Shown piece by piece: positions 29,561 to 42,644 of a DNA stretch of 64,000 nt; the stretch's first letter is position 1; the number at the start of each line of letters is the position of its first letter. The notes beneath the pieces are model-generated. The model worked only from the letters and a program-made list of their open reading frames with translations. It searched no databases and had not been told where the DNA came from. The stretch covers positions 246,388,001 through 246,452,000 of the forward strand of contig OZ024740.1 in NCBI GenBank assembly GCA_964016885.1, written 5' to 3'. A program made the position numbers and the translations under genes. Source of the stretch: Eledone cirrhosa. Lineage: Eukaryota.

Positions 29561-29724
29561 CAATACAAGACAACCTGTTTGACACAAACTATTGAAATTG
29601 TATTGGAGCACTCCCACACAGACACATATACAGACACTGACACAAACATACATACAAATGAGCATACCGTCACATAGACATACATACATACATACATACA
29701 TACATACATACATACATACATACA

Positions 29725-29755
<31 letters not shown>

Positions 29756-29855
29756 TTACCCAAATACAGGCATATTGTCGCACACACACCCACACATTGA
29801 CACACATACAGACTTTCACACACATAGACACGCCCATACATAGCCATACTCACAT

Positions 29856-31510
29856 AGCTGGCAATAGGTTCAGACCAGATGTAAGGAGTAGCCTCTCCTC
29901 TCCAACTAAAGCTGGCAATAAGTTCAGACCAGATGTAAAGTGTAGCCTCTCATCTCCAACTAAAGCTGGCAATAGGTTCAGACCAGATGTAAAGAGTAGC
30001 CTCTCCTCTCCAACTAAAGCTGGCAATAAGTTCAGACCAGATGTAAAGAGTAGCCTCTCCTCTCCAACTAAAGCTGGCAATAAGTTCAGACCAGATGTAA
30101 AGTGTAGCCTGTCCTCTCCAACTAAAGCTGGCAATAGGTTCAGACCAGATGTAAAGTGTAACCTCTCCTCTCCAACTAAAGCTGGCAATAAGTTCAGACC
30201 AGATGTAAAGTGTAGCCTCTCATCTCCAACTAAAGCTGGCAATAGGTTCAGACCAGATGTAAAGTGTAACCTCTCCTCTCCAACTAAAGCTGGCAATAGG
30301 TTCAGACCAGACGTAAAGTGTAGCCTCTCCTCTCCAACTAAAGCTGGCAATAAGTTCAGACCAGATGTAAAGTGTAACCTCTCCTCTCCAACTAAAGCTG
30401 GCAATAGGTTCAGACCAGATGTAAGGAGTAACCTCTCCTCTCCAACTAAAGCTGACAATAGGTTCAGACCAGATGTAAAGTGTAGCCTCTCCTCTCCAAC
30501 TAAAGCTGGCAATAGGTTCAGACCAGATGTAAAGAGTAGCCTCTCCTCTCCAACTAAAGCTGGCAATAGGTTCAGACCAGATGTAAAGTGTAGCCTCTCC
30601 TCTCCAACTAAAGCTGGCAATAGGTTCAGACCAGACGTAAAGTGTAGCCTCTCCTCTCCAACTAAAGCTGGCAATAAGTTCAGACCAGATGTAAAGTGTA
30701 ACCTCTCCTCTCCAACTAAAGCTGGCAATAGGTTCAGACCAGATGTAAGGAGTAACCTCTCCTCTCCAACTAAAGCTGGCAATAGGTTCAGACCAGACGT
30801 AAAGTGTAGCCTCTCCTCTCCAACTAAAGCTGGCAATAGGTTCAGACCAGATGTAAAGAGTAGCCGCTCCTCTCCAACTAAAGCTGGCAATAGGTTCAGA
30901 CCAGATGTAAGGAGTAACCTCTCCTCTCCAACTAAAGCTGGCAATAGGTTCAGACCAGACGTAAAGTGTAGCCTCTCCTCTCCAACTAAAGCTGGCAATA
31001 GGTTCAGACCAGATGTAAAGAGTAGCCGCTCCTCTCCAACTAAAGCTGGCAATAGGTTCAGACCAGATGTAAGGAGTAGCCTCTCCTCTCCAACTAAAGC
31101 TGGCAATAGGTTCAGACCAGATGTAAGGAGTAGCCTCTCCTCTCCAACTAAAGCTGGCAATAGGTTCAGACCAGACGTAAAGTGTAGCCTCTCCTCTCCA
31201 ACTAAAGCTGGCAATAGGTTCAGACCAGATGTAAAGAGTAGCCTCTCGTCTCCAACTAAAGCTGGCAATAGGTTCAGACCAGAAGTAAAGTGTAACCTCT
31301 CCTCTCCAACTAAAGCTGGCAATAGGTTCAGCCCAGATGTAAAGAGTAGCCTCTCCTCTCCAACTAAAGCTGGCAATAAGTTCAGACCAGATGTAAAGTG
31401 TAACCTCTCCTCTCCAACTAAAGCTGGCAATAGATTCAGACCAGATGTAAAGAGTAGCCTCTCCTCTCCAACTAAAGCTGGCAATAGGTTCAGACCAGAC
31501 GTAAAATTAA
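29856..31510. repeat. 54-bp minisatellite, about 30 copies
   Basis: AGCTGGCAATAGGTTCAGACCAGATGTAAAGTGTAGCCTCTCCTCTCCAACTAA tandem array; diverged units continue to ~31680. Confidence 0.97.
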
Positions 31511-32299
31511 CCTCCCTATCCAAAGACAGCTGGCAATACGCCCGAGCCAGATGTAAAGTGTAGCCTTCCAACCCCAACCGGAGCTGGCAATACCCCAGAT
31601 CAGATGTAAAATATATCCAGATCAGATAAAAAAGTAGCACTCACAACAAATTTAGTAACAGGCCCAAGTTAGATGTAAAATGTCGGTTTCATTTCAAACT
31701 ACTCATTAAGTATTTGTCTTCAGAGCTAAATATATATGATTCATGTATGGGTACGTATAATGTACACGTGCTTTTTTTCCATGGCCTCAGCTATCATGAT
31801 CATGATCATTGTCACCAACACCACCTATCGTATATAAAGTTATCATATGTAGTTCCTAATTTGGACAGAGACTGTTGTCAGTTGCCATATAGCCGTCAAT
31901 TTGACGGAGTTCAAGAGATACATTATTCAATTCTCTGTAGTAGCTGCTGGTCACATATTTTCAGTTCTAATGATATATATATATGTCATTAATTAGAGCC
32001 CCCCATTTTTTGCTTTGTATGCAAACGAGCTTCGTTAGCCGATGTTCATAAGCATAAAAACTAAAAGCTTTTAGCTAATTTTCGTCTTAGCATCCAAGTT
32101 GAGTTAGACGCTCTGACAACGGTTAAAGAATCAGAAACGGTACCATCAGGGTGCTCTCACTTGGTTGCTAAAATTCATAGTGAGGTCACAAAGATCCTTT
32201 CTCAACGAGTGAAACAATATCACAAACGCATGAGGAAAGAGAAAGGATCTTCAATACTCACATAATGATGTGGACTAACATCTTAATACCAAGTAGACG

Positions 32300-33480
32300 C
32301 ACGGCCAATAACTTCCAGGCTTCTAACAATGGCATACCACCGCTGTATGAATCCGCAAAGACCATAAAACAGCTATTGACGCTATAACAGGACCACCAAC
32401 AAAACTTGTCTGCGGAGCTAATAAAGCCAACAACTACAGAATCTTCTACTTCCTCTCTATGATTGTGCACCCCATAATTAAGATGTCCCCAGATATGTGT
32501 CACAGCAGAGAGGACCTCATCAGCAGAATCAATGACTGAAACTACACCGAAGACCTGACAAACTGCATAATAAGCAACATGGATATAGTGCCCCTGTACG
32601 CATCCATTGACATTGATTTTGCTGTGGAAAAATGTAAAGAGATAATCAGTGAGAGTGAGGTGGAAGTCTGTGACGTTGACGAACTGGGCCTCCTACTTAT
32701 ACTTACATGTGACAGAGAATATCTAGACAATTATGACCTCGTCAGCTTCTGCCCCAGTAGACCAATAAGAAGTAGACTCCCTACCATAACTTTGATAGAA
32801 AAAAAGACTCCCATAAGAAGATGGAGCAGATGGAAGGGGGCCATACGGACACCCGAGATCAATGATCAGGTAAGAAAGATGATCGCACATTTTTAAATAC
32901 CAACATTAAAACTCACTTATGCCTGCCCCCTTAATGTGTATTGTACTATATGCCAGCTACCCTGGTTATATTATCTGCCACTGCTGCTACAGTAATTGAT
33001 ACAGAGCACTGCCACCTTCTCCTATTTAACTGAGGTGTCGACGATACATCATGGACTGTTATTGTTTTTGCTGTAAACAACTATCTCCAACCACCACCGC
33101 ATTCTAAGGCTGATCATCATGTAACCCCCAGCTGTTAAGACACCTGCAAATGACTTGATTCCTGTACAGGGGGATGGTCGATCTCAGACCATGGCGTTAC
33201 TAGAGAATTCAGAATGACTGGGAGGATATGGTGGTGGAACTATCCTTGACTAATACTTAGGGGTCTTATATACCTTTTGTGTTGATGCTCTGAGGTTGTT
33301 TATTCTAAATCATGTCACCGGTGCTTTGATGGAGCAACATCAATAATTAGCCCATGACATGTCAATGATTTGAAACAGCATAATTTTTATTTTGCTTCAT
33401 GACATCTTATTTCTATTCATGTTCACTTAATAGCTGTCTGATGAGGTCATAGCTGTTGTAATCGAAATATGTATAACAGC
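32300..33480 (+). mobile_element. Decayed Penelope-like retroelement (RT fragment plus 3' end)
   Basis: GIPPLY..RKDHK..GPPTKLVCGANKA and MDIVPLYASIDIDFAV (PLE RT motifs) with frameshifts; ends in a hammerhead. Confidence 0.7.
33433..33480 (+). ncRNA. Type I hammerhead ribozyme (same family as 25289)
   Basis: GCTGT CTGATGA GGTCATAGC-T-GTTGTAATC GAAA TATGTA TA ACAGC. Confidence 0.75.
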
Positions 33481-34120
33481 AATTGTGTATATATACATAT
33501 ATTTTTTTTATTTTCGTTTTGGTCCACCAGAAACCACATTAGTACAGACACCAGGCCATCAGCCATCTAGATCGTGAGAGCAACTGAGTATTGTTTGATA
33601 TGCTCCAATGAAGGTTAATTTTGAAAGAAAGGAAGACAGAAGGTAAGACAGAAAAGAAGAAAAAAAGAAAAAAAGAAAAGAAGGCAGACAAGGATAGAAA
33701 GAAATATATATGAGATATAATTCACTGCCCCCTTTCTTTTTGTTTCCTCTCTTTCTCTTTCTTCCCTCCTCTCTCTCACTCCACAACTCTTTCTGTTTCT
33801 CCTTCTCACCGGTAATTTTCTTCCAGCTATTAATGTTAACTTGTCATGCAAACCCATGTATATCGCTATATTTATACAATGATTTTCTATCACTAGGTCA
33901 GAGCAAACTAATATTAATCACAGAACATATATTATCATGTTCTCACTGCATGATAGTTCTGATTGTAATTAATCAAAATTTTGCCATGACCATATTTGAT
34001 GTATAAAGTGTCCTCATGATTGTGTGGTAGATGGGCCATCTTGACATTCGGCGTGTCTTGGGCATTTTAAACCTAGTGGAGCTCATCCTCTACAACGTCT
34101 ACGGACGATTTCTCTCAGAG

Positions 34121-34177
<57 letters not shown>

Positions 34178-34180
34178 GAG

Positions 34181-34297
<117 letters not shown>

Positions 34298-34414
34298 GAT
34301 AAAGAGTAGGAATTGACCTCAGTAGTTTATTTATCGACCTCGAAAGGATGGAAATTAAAGTTGACCACGGTGAGATTTGAAATCAGGTGCAGGGATCCGA
34401 TGAAATAAATACTT

Positions 34415-35935
34415 TCTTCTTCTTCTTCTTCTTCTTCGTCTTCTTCTTCTTCTTCTTCTTCTTCTTCTTCTTCTTCTTCTTCTTCTTCTTCTTCTTCTTC
34501 TTCTTCTTCTTCTTCTTCTTCTTCTTCTTCGCCAACTTATTTCTGAGAGCGTCGTGGGAGAAGAGTCCTCAAACACTGCTTCCAGTGGGTCATGTCAGAA
34601 GCAACCGTCTCCAATTGTCCGGCTGGATTCCCAAGCATGACCAGCCTAGCTCATGGATGTTATCCAACCATCTTGCTCTCGGCCTACCTCTGGGTCTCTT
34701 GCCGGTTGGTTTTGCCCGTAAAATCTGTCCAGCGATTCTTTCCTGAGACATTCTAACCACATGCCCATAGTATCGGAGCTGTGATCTCTCAATTCTGATT
34801 ACTGAATACTGAATTCTTAGACTTAATTCAGCCTCCTGCCTTCCATCACTCGTGAACGCAGCCCGAGATACTTGAACTTCTCTAGCTGCTTCAGAGGAAC
34901 TCCATTCACATATAGAGTGCACTGCATAGGCTTGCTTGAGAGGGCTAGTGTCACAGTTTTCGCAGCACTGATTTTCATTCCAGCAATGGAGCACTCAACA
35001 TTAAACCTATCAAGTGCAAGTCGAAGATCATCTTCTGTCGACTTAAATAACACCATGTCGTCTGCAAATTCCAGCCGTCTGTTTTTACACTCGCCAGTCG
35101 TGATACTACTTCCAATCCGGTTGTGCATGTCAATCCTGTTCATATAAATAACGATTTTTACTAAATCAGGGGTGTGCAACATATTCCATTGGAGGGCCAT
35201 TTTTGAACATTGGAACAACTATTAGGGCCATTAATATTTAAGCACGATTACAAAGATTCACCACAACTTCTTTCCCTAACATGGAACTGGGAAATTATAA
35301 CACACATTACCCTCTCAGTGAAGCCTTTTAGTATAAGTCAACTAACAGAAAATTGTATCACGGTTACGAAAAACATTCTAAATAAGCCTACAAGGTAAAA
35401 ATTAAAAAACGGTCATCACGGGCCACTCTGATTGGTCTGGCAGGCCGGATTGTGGTCCGCGGGCCGCCTGTTATACGCCCCTGTACTAAATAATGAACAG
35501 GAGAGATGACAGTACGCACCCTTGGCGGAGTCCGACTCCCATATTGAATGGTTTCGATTTAGCACCATTTATCCGAACACAAATACTTGGGCATTCGTAT
35601 AGAGACATCAGGTCATCAAGAAGCTGACCATCGATCAGCCACATTTGAGCTTTTTAGCTTCTCTTGTCACCTCAGCCTCTGAGAGATTAGTCACTGCTCC
35701 CAGATGTTCCTCATGTACAACAAAAGATGCTGTTGTGATCGGGTTTAGGAGGTCAGCAAATTATTATCTCCACCACTCAAGGATGCACCTCTCTGAAGAG
35801 AGGAGATCCCCAGACGCGTTCTTGATAGCAGGTGTGGAGGAGGGCTTCCTATTACGAAGTCGGCAGATGGTCTGCTAGAACACTTTATTTGCTGATCGGA
35901 TTCAAGCTTAACCCCAAAGTCTTCCCATGTCTTAA
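34415..35935 (-). mobile_element. Decayed, internally deleted RTE LINE with (GAA)n tail, interrupted by a MITE
   Basis: LEFADDMV, FKYLG, QLRYYGHVVRM, GKRPRGRPRARW; (TTC)n at 34415-34530. Confidence 0.85.
35167..35483. mobile_element. hAT-type MITE
   Basis: Termini CAGGGGTGTGCAACA / TGTTATACGCCCCTG and an exact 8-bp TSD TACTAAAT (35159-35166, 35484-35491). Confidence 0.88.
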
Positions 35936-36148
35936 CTTTGGACGCTTTTATTGTCTGCTGTGATTTTTCGTGCCTGCTTGTACCAAATAATTTATATGTT
36001 TATCTTTCTTCTTACTCAGCTTCACTACTACTCTTCCTTCTCGTTCTCTATTGTTTGTCACACTACCTCTTTTTATTTTGCCTTTCATCTCCTTCTTACC
36101 CACCCACCTACATATCAATCTATCTGTCTCTATCGATCTATCTATCTT

Positions 36149-37421
36149 GAGACGTGTGCCAGTTCGCTGGTAAGTTTTTGTTGATTTTCTAAGTAAGAAA
36201 TCAAAAATTTATTGTTAAATTTAATACTATTTTATAGCTTGACCCCACGTCTGGACTTTCAGACGGTGGGTCAAGTCACCTTCACCCCTCCCTGGGGTTA
36301 AATTTTCGTTTGGAAAAAATTTCGTCGGTGAAAAAATTGTAAACAAATCTTGCATTCAGTCATGGATGCTGCGTTCATAACTAGAAGTGGTGGAGAGGCG
36401 GTAAGAGTGTTAAGCTCGCAGTCACCTCCTCTCACCACCTCATTGAAAGACGAAAATGTCGTCAGTTTTGAAAACACGATGTCGGACGTTGATTGTAACA
36501 TCAACACTAACACAAACACCAATAACATGCAAAATATAAACAACACCAACCAGAACAACAACAACAACAACAACAATAATGACTAGAACAACAACAGCAA
36601 CAATGGTAACAACAACACCACCAACAACAACAGCAACACGAACAACTCCACGAACAAGGAGAAGATTTCCTTTGCTCAAACCGTCCAAAAGACGGAGCTG
36701 TTCACATACCTTGACATGCTACGGAAATGTTAAGCGATGCAAAACTATGTAACTTTTGGTGAGAGTGGTGCTTTCAGCATCACTTCTCCTCAACAGTTAC
36801 GCAGAGAAACTGTTCTAAAAACAGTAATTTTTAGGACGATTTCAAATGTGTCGAAAAAATCAGTTCAATTATCCCAAAACGACATTGAACTGGTTCTGAA
36901 TAATTCCATGAAGCATATTGCCTTCATCCAAAAAGGGAAACTTTTTGGAAGCATTTCGGTGTTGTTGAAAGACCAATTGACAGCACAAAAATATTCTGTA
37001 TCGCCGATTGTGTCCCCCCCTTTACACCTTTTCCCCCCACATATATGGGAAAAAGGACACAAAAGATAAAAATTTCGAACATTGCATCAAATGTAAACGT
37101 CTGGTGGATTTTAACTGGCTTCATCGATTTCGACGAAGACAGCATCATTTCGGTGGGAAAGTCCTCCAGAGGCACATTCAATGGTACAAGCATGGAAGTT
37201 CTGGTCCAAATGAGGCCAGAACGGATAGCTAAAATACACCCAACGTGTGCCTCTGGATGGAATTTCACACATAAACATTTCATGTTACCACTGTTTAAGC
37301 ATTGGTCACCTGAAGGCTTACTGTCCTCAGTTAACTACAAAAAAAAGAGGCACTACTGCCAACACCCAAAACAACAACACAGCTACCACCACCACCACAA
37401 CAGCAACAACAACAACAACAA

Positions 37422-37480
<59 letters not shown>

Positions 37481-38279
37481 CACAAACATAACCAAAACAA
37501 GAACAACAAACCAACCTGCAAGCACAGTCCCACCCAACTCCACTCCACCTAAAACCACTGCAAAAACACCCTCAAACACAACAACTCCCCAAAAAATACC
37601 CCTTCCAAATAAAACAGACACCACAACGAACGAGGCCCCCTCATCATCACCAAGTGACGATGAGGGAGAGCGTCACCGTTCGAAAAGAAAGAAGAAAAGA
37701 CACCACAAGAACAAAAAAGCAACAAACATCACTACAAACATACAACCACCAACACAAACAACACAAACATTACAAACAAAAACCCCCCGTCCCGAAAACA
37801 AAACCACGACATCACTCCAAACACAAACACCTACAACAAAACGAAGGCTCCCACAAGAGTAACAGACAAAAACCACCGCAACACAACAAGAACATTACAC
37901 ATACATAAACAGTAAAAACAAAACTTTAATGGAGGCCATCACCAACGACCCTTCGGTTTTCACCGAAGGGAAAACTTTTTCGAACTGGGTAGACAAACCT
38001 AATTTAAAGATGATTAGGGTCCCTACGGACACCTATAAGTCTTTAGGAAAACTTTCCTAAGGACGTGGGTAATCCTTGTGTTAAACCCATTAACCGCGTC
38101 CTTTTAAAAGTTTCCCCACCCTCACCACAGACACACCCACCCCAGACACCTCCACTCCACCAGACACCCCCTCCCCACCAAACATTTCCGTCCCAACCCC
38201 GTTGGAAGCCACCACCCACCCACCAAGACAACCCCTCTAACACCTCCATGGAAATCGTGCGGCCTGATCCCCTGTGTAA

Positions 38280-38280
<1 letters not shown>
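36149..38280 (+). mobile_element. Decayed Tx1/L1-like element, ORF1 only (zinc knuckle)
   Basis: Frameshifted ORF pieces homologous to 38635-39852 (FIQKGKLFGSISVL, MGKRTQKIKISNI, CYHCLSIGHLKAYC); flanked by (ATCT)n. Confidence 0.7.
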
Positions 38281-38344
<64 letters not shown>

Positions 38345-38346
<2 letters not shown>

Positions 38347-41183
38347 TTGTCTGGCGTGTGGAACATCACCGGTAAGCTTTTTTGTTAATTTCTATGCAAA
38401 AAACCGAACTAATTGTTTGAAAAAAACATAACACTTTGTAGATTAACCCCCAAGCTGAATTGTCAGCTGGGTGGTAATCCCACTTTTCGCCTGTGTAGGG
38501 GCGAAAATTTTATTTTAAAAATTTGTTTTAAAATATCAGATTTTACATACTAAATAACTTGAGCAACACAAGAACGCTGGAGAACGTTAATAGAGAAAGA
38601 GGCAGATATTAACGTTATATCTGCTTCTGCTACTATGGACGTCGCCATAGATAAAAGTGTCAACAAAGAGAAAAATATATTAACACTTGAAAATTTTAAA
38701 ATTTCTACCGTCGAAGCGGAGAAAAATAACAATAACACACAGGAAAACACAGGAATTAAACCCATTAACATACATACACATGAAAAAGACATCAACAACT
38801 CTACAGATACATATACACATAATGTTTCACCTCGACAAGGAACTGAGATTTCCAACAACGATAACAACAACAATAACAGCAACACCACACAAAAAAAGAA
38901 AATGTCTTTCGCTGAAACAGTGAACAAAAAACAAAATTTTATAAATCTTGATATCTCCAACGCAAGAGATATGCTCCAGCAAGGGAGAAAATTTGTAACT
39001 TTCGAAAAAAGAGGTGGGTTTAGAATTAACTCACCCCTTGAAATAAAGGAAGACACAATCCGCAGATCAGTCACCTTTAGGACTGTGTCAATTTCCACAA
39101 GAAAGCCGACATTTGTTAACCAAGCAGATATAGAAGATACTTTCAAGGAAATTCTAGCAAATGCCGATTTTCTCCAGCGAGGAAAACAGTACGGAAGTGT
39201 TTCCGTACTGTTTAAAAGCGAGGCACTCGCCCCAAAAAACTCTGTGACACCAATGGTGTCAAAAGCATACACCTTTTTCCCTACATACATGGGAAAAAGG
39301 GCACAAAAAATAAAAATAAAAAACATACCTCCAAACATTAACATCTGGTGGATGTTGGCTGGCTTCGTAGAGCCAGAAACTGATATGATACTTTCGATAC
39401 GAAAATCTATTCGACAAAGGTGGGCGGGCACAGATTTGGAGATTCTGTTGCAAATGAAACCGGAGAGAATCTCCAAAATACCCGAAAGAGTCGTTATCGA
39501 TAATAACAACAAAATAAACATTTCGGTAGAAGGACGAAAATTTCATTGTTTTCGCTGTGGTAGCACAGCACACCTAAAAGCCTCTTGTCCACAAACACAC
39601 AACAACAACATCACAAAAAACGCTATTACCAACACCAACACCAAAACAACCACCACCACCACAAGTACAACGACAGACGAAACGAGCAACCGCACCAAAA
39701 CAAACAGACACTCAACCAACAACAACAGAAAAAACAGAGACAACACCCATGAAGAACACAGCCCCACTCCATCCCACTCCCTCAAACACTACTACAAACA
39801 CACACACCGAAACACCACCACCACACAACATACCCTTACCCCACACACCTGACGATGATTATTCATCGACGGATGAAGCTGCTTCTCCTTCTTTAAGTGA
39901 AGAAGAGGGAGAACCACGGAAATCTAAAAAAACAAAAAAAGAGACACCACAAAACCCCCAAAACTCCAATCACCAACACCAACATACAACCACAAACACA
40001 AACAACAACACAAACAACACCAAAGTCAAACATCCCCCTATCAGCAAAACCAGCACCAACACCACCCCAAACACAAGCACCCACCATAAAAAGAAAACTC
40101 CCGGACGAACAACAAACTAAAACAACACAACAAAAACACAAACAACAATACGCATACATCAACACAAACAACAAGAGTTTGATGGAGGTCATCTCCCAAA
40201 ACCCCAAAACCCCGAAAACGATGGGCGCCTGGCACATTGAATGCGCTTAGGCGCTCACAGTCCTCTGGCAAGCGGGCGCAGCAATCAGTGGAGACTCCAC
40301 TTCGACATTCTATAGAGGGATTGTACGTTACAAGGGCGACGACGTGCTCGGAGAGACTCTGGGCGTCGAAGACGATGAGCTCACCAGTCTGTTTGGTAGG
40401 ACTTTCCGCCCGGGACCTATGGACAACTCCAGAGGTCCCTGGCCTGGCAGTGCTATCGAGGAGCTCTACCGGTTCGTGACAAGATCTACAGGCACGGACG
40501 CCCCGACAGGGATCCTTCCAAGAGGACGTGTCCAAGATGCGCGCAGGACATTGAAACAGTCCTGCACGCAATTGTACACTGCCCGGGCGTAACCGACCTG
40601 TGGAACTATGCAGAACAACTGCTGTCGCGTATGGGACAAATCCAGTTGACTGCCGAATCCATAGTAAGGATCAAACCGCCAGCCTCTTTCAAAAACGAAA
40701 GAGAGGCGGTTTTCGTCTGTACGGTGGCTATGGTGAAAGAGGTTATATGGTAGACGAGATTGAGAGGACCGAGGACAGATGCCTTTCTCTCCGGACAACA
40801 ATTGATTCCCTTCTTTAAGTATCACTTTAGATGGAGAATCAGGGTGGAGAGAGAGGCACTGCACCCCAGTAAATTTACTGAAAGGTGGGTGAATGAAGCG
40901 AAAATGGCCCGAGTGATTGGGCCTTCTCTGTTTATAAGCCTGTAGGTTGAGGAAGAGAGCAAAAGAAAGAAAGGAGCACTTGCACAACACGCTCCTGGAG
41001 TTGAGGGTTGTTCTATCGACGGGGTATTAAACAACCCATTTGTGGTGCCTCCCCCCTATTGGGGATTTTGATTGTTGTAATTGTTTGTTTTTATATTTTT
41101 TACACGACTGTATGTAAAATCCCCGGCATGTCTTTGTATTGTCCCCTTTTCTTGTGCGCCCTTGTGGCTAATAAAGAAATATA
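38345..41183 (+). mobile_element. Internally deleted Tx1/L1-like non-LTR element (ORF1 + ORF2 C-terminus) in (ATCT)n
   Basis: ORF1 with CCHC knuckle; ORF2 tail remnants with a Cys motif and WRIRVEREALHPSKFTERWV; 3' GCTAATAAAGAAATA then (ATCT)n. Confidence 0.75.
38635..39852 (+). CDS. Gag-like ORF1 with CCHC zinc knuckle
   Basis: KMSFAETV, ISVEGRKFHCFRCGSTAHLKASCP. Confidence 0.8.
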   Translation: MDVAIDKSVNKEKNILTLENFKISTVEAEKNNNNTQENTGIKPINIHTHEKDINNSTDTYTHNVSPRQGTEISNNDNNNNNSNTTQKKKMSFAETVNKKQNFINLDISNARDMLQQGRKFVTFEKRGGFRINSPLEIKEDTIRRSVTFRTVSISTRKPTFVNQADIEDTFKEILANADFLQRGKQYGSVSVLFKSEALAPKNSVTPMVSKAYTFFPTYMGKRAQKIKIKNIPPNINIWWMLAGFVEPETDMILSIRKSIRQRWAGTDLEILLQMKPERISKIPERVVIDNNNKINISVEGRKFHCFRCGSTAHLKASCPQTHNNNITKNAITNTNTKTTTTTTSTTTDETSNRTKTNRHSTNNNRKNRDNTHEEHSPTPSHSLKHYYKHTHRNTTTTQHTLTPHT

Positions 41184-41211
41184 TCTATCTATCTATCTAT
41201 CTATCTATCTG

Positions 41212-41310
41212 TCCATTCTACACGTTTTTATTGTATGTAAACTTCCCCCTTTGTATTTGTCCCCTTCTTTTGTGCCCCTGTGGCTAATAAAGAAATATAA
41301 AAAAAAAAAA
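41212..41310 (+). mobile_element. Short 3' end of a further Tx1-like copy
   Basis: TGTATGTAAA..TTTGTGCCCCTGTGGCTAATAAAGAAATAT(A)n parallels 41108-41183. Confidence 0.65.
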
Positions 41311-41691
41311 ATATATATATCTATCTGTCCATTCATCTGTATGTCTGTCTGTCTATAGTTCAAGTGAGAAAAAAATAAGATAAATAATATTATAGCCAGT
41401 CGGTTAGACCATGTGAGTTGGATTCCTGACTGAAACCAATTGATGATCATATTGATTTTTAGGTCACACCCCCAGAATCAATAGAATAATCCAATAATAT
41501 CCTACGATCGATAATTTTGTCTACCCTACAAAAAGTGATCGTTAAACCTACGTATGAATAGGAATCAATATTTCTGGATATAAAGAAACCGAAATTATTC
41601 TAAGGAAACTGTTCATCTGCCTTACTTTTCACACTTGCACTCGTTTACACCCGCTCTCTCTCTCTTTCTCTTTATATATTCCATGCTCGCA

Positions 41692-41781
<90 letters not shown>

Positions 41782-42644
41782 TAGTGTGTATGTGTGTGTG
41801 ACCATATAATAAATTTATGTATGTATGTAGGTATGTATGCATGTATGTATGTATGTTTGTATATATGCATGTATGTTTGTATGTATGCATGCATGTATGC
41901 ATATATGTATGTATGTATATATGTATGTGTGTACGTATGTATGTATGTTTGTATGTATACATCCATGTATATATACAACAATGTGCACGCGCATATTATC
42001 ATATGTCTATTTTAATATACAAATTATCATAAAAGACAAAATGCGTTAAATATGCTTATGTATGTGTGTGAGTATGTATGGGTGTGGGGGGGGGGGGGGG
42101 AGCGTGCGGGCCCGTGTGTGTATATGTCTGTTTGTATGACGGGAGTCGATACCAAACACAAATATAATAAAATATAGTTTTGAACTCAGCTCACACAAAT
42201 CGAGAACTACACCAACACATGAACAAATGCATTCACATACTGAAAGTGACTCTACATCCACATTTTTTTCCACACAACAAACATCTATCGATCAGGCATC
42301 TCTCAGCCATTGAAAACGCGTTCATATGAAACTAAATTGAATTTCAAGCAGTCTGTACATTAGCTCTGCTTAGACAACAAGGGCCCTGTACATCCAGTAT
42401 AGCATCGATGATTTTGGTCGCAGTTTCTGTAAGATGAGATGGAGATGTGATGTGGTGGTGGGAATACATACCTCAAAAGCAATCGCTAAACCACTCTCTC
42501 TCAACAAACGCGCATCAAAAGCTTTAAAATGGCGGCAACAGATACTTATCAGATGCCGTTAGAGGGCTATGGCGGTTTAAAACCATCAAGCGGTGGCGGT
42601 GGTATTGACGACAACGACCACGACGAGAATTTTAGCGATTTATA

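Noticed and set aside
28418-29853. Poly-Cys, poly-Leu and Ala/Val ORFs on the minus strand
   Set aside because: Alternative frames of a CTG/TTG-rich minisatellite.
29856-31510. CRISPR-like array or leucine-rich-repeat gene
   Set aside because: No unique spacers and no cas genes in a eukaryotic context; the minus-strand 18-mer lacks the LRR consensus spacing and has no gene structure.
38550-39521. 323-aa minus-strand ORF
   Set aside because: Antisense shadow of the Tx1-like ORF1.
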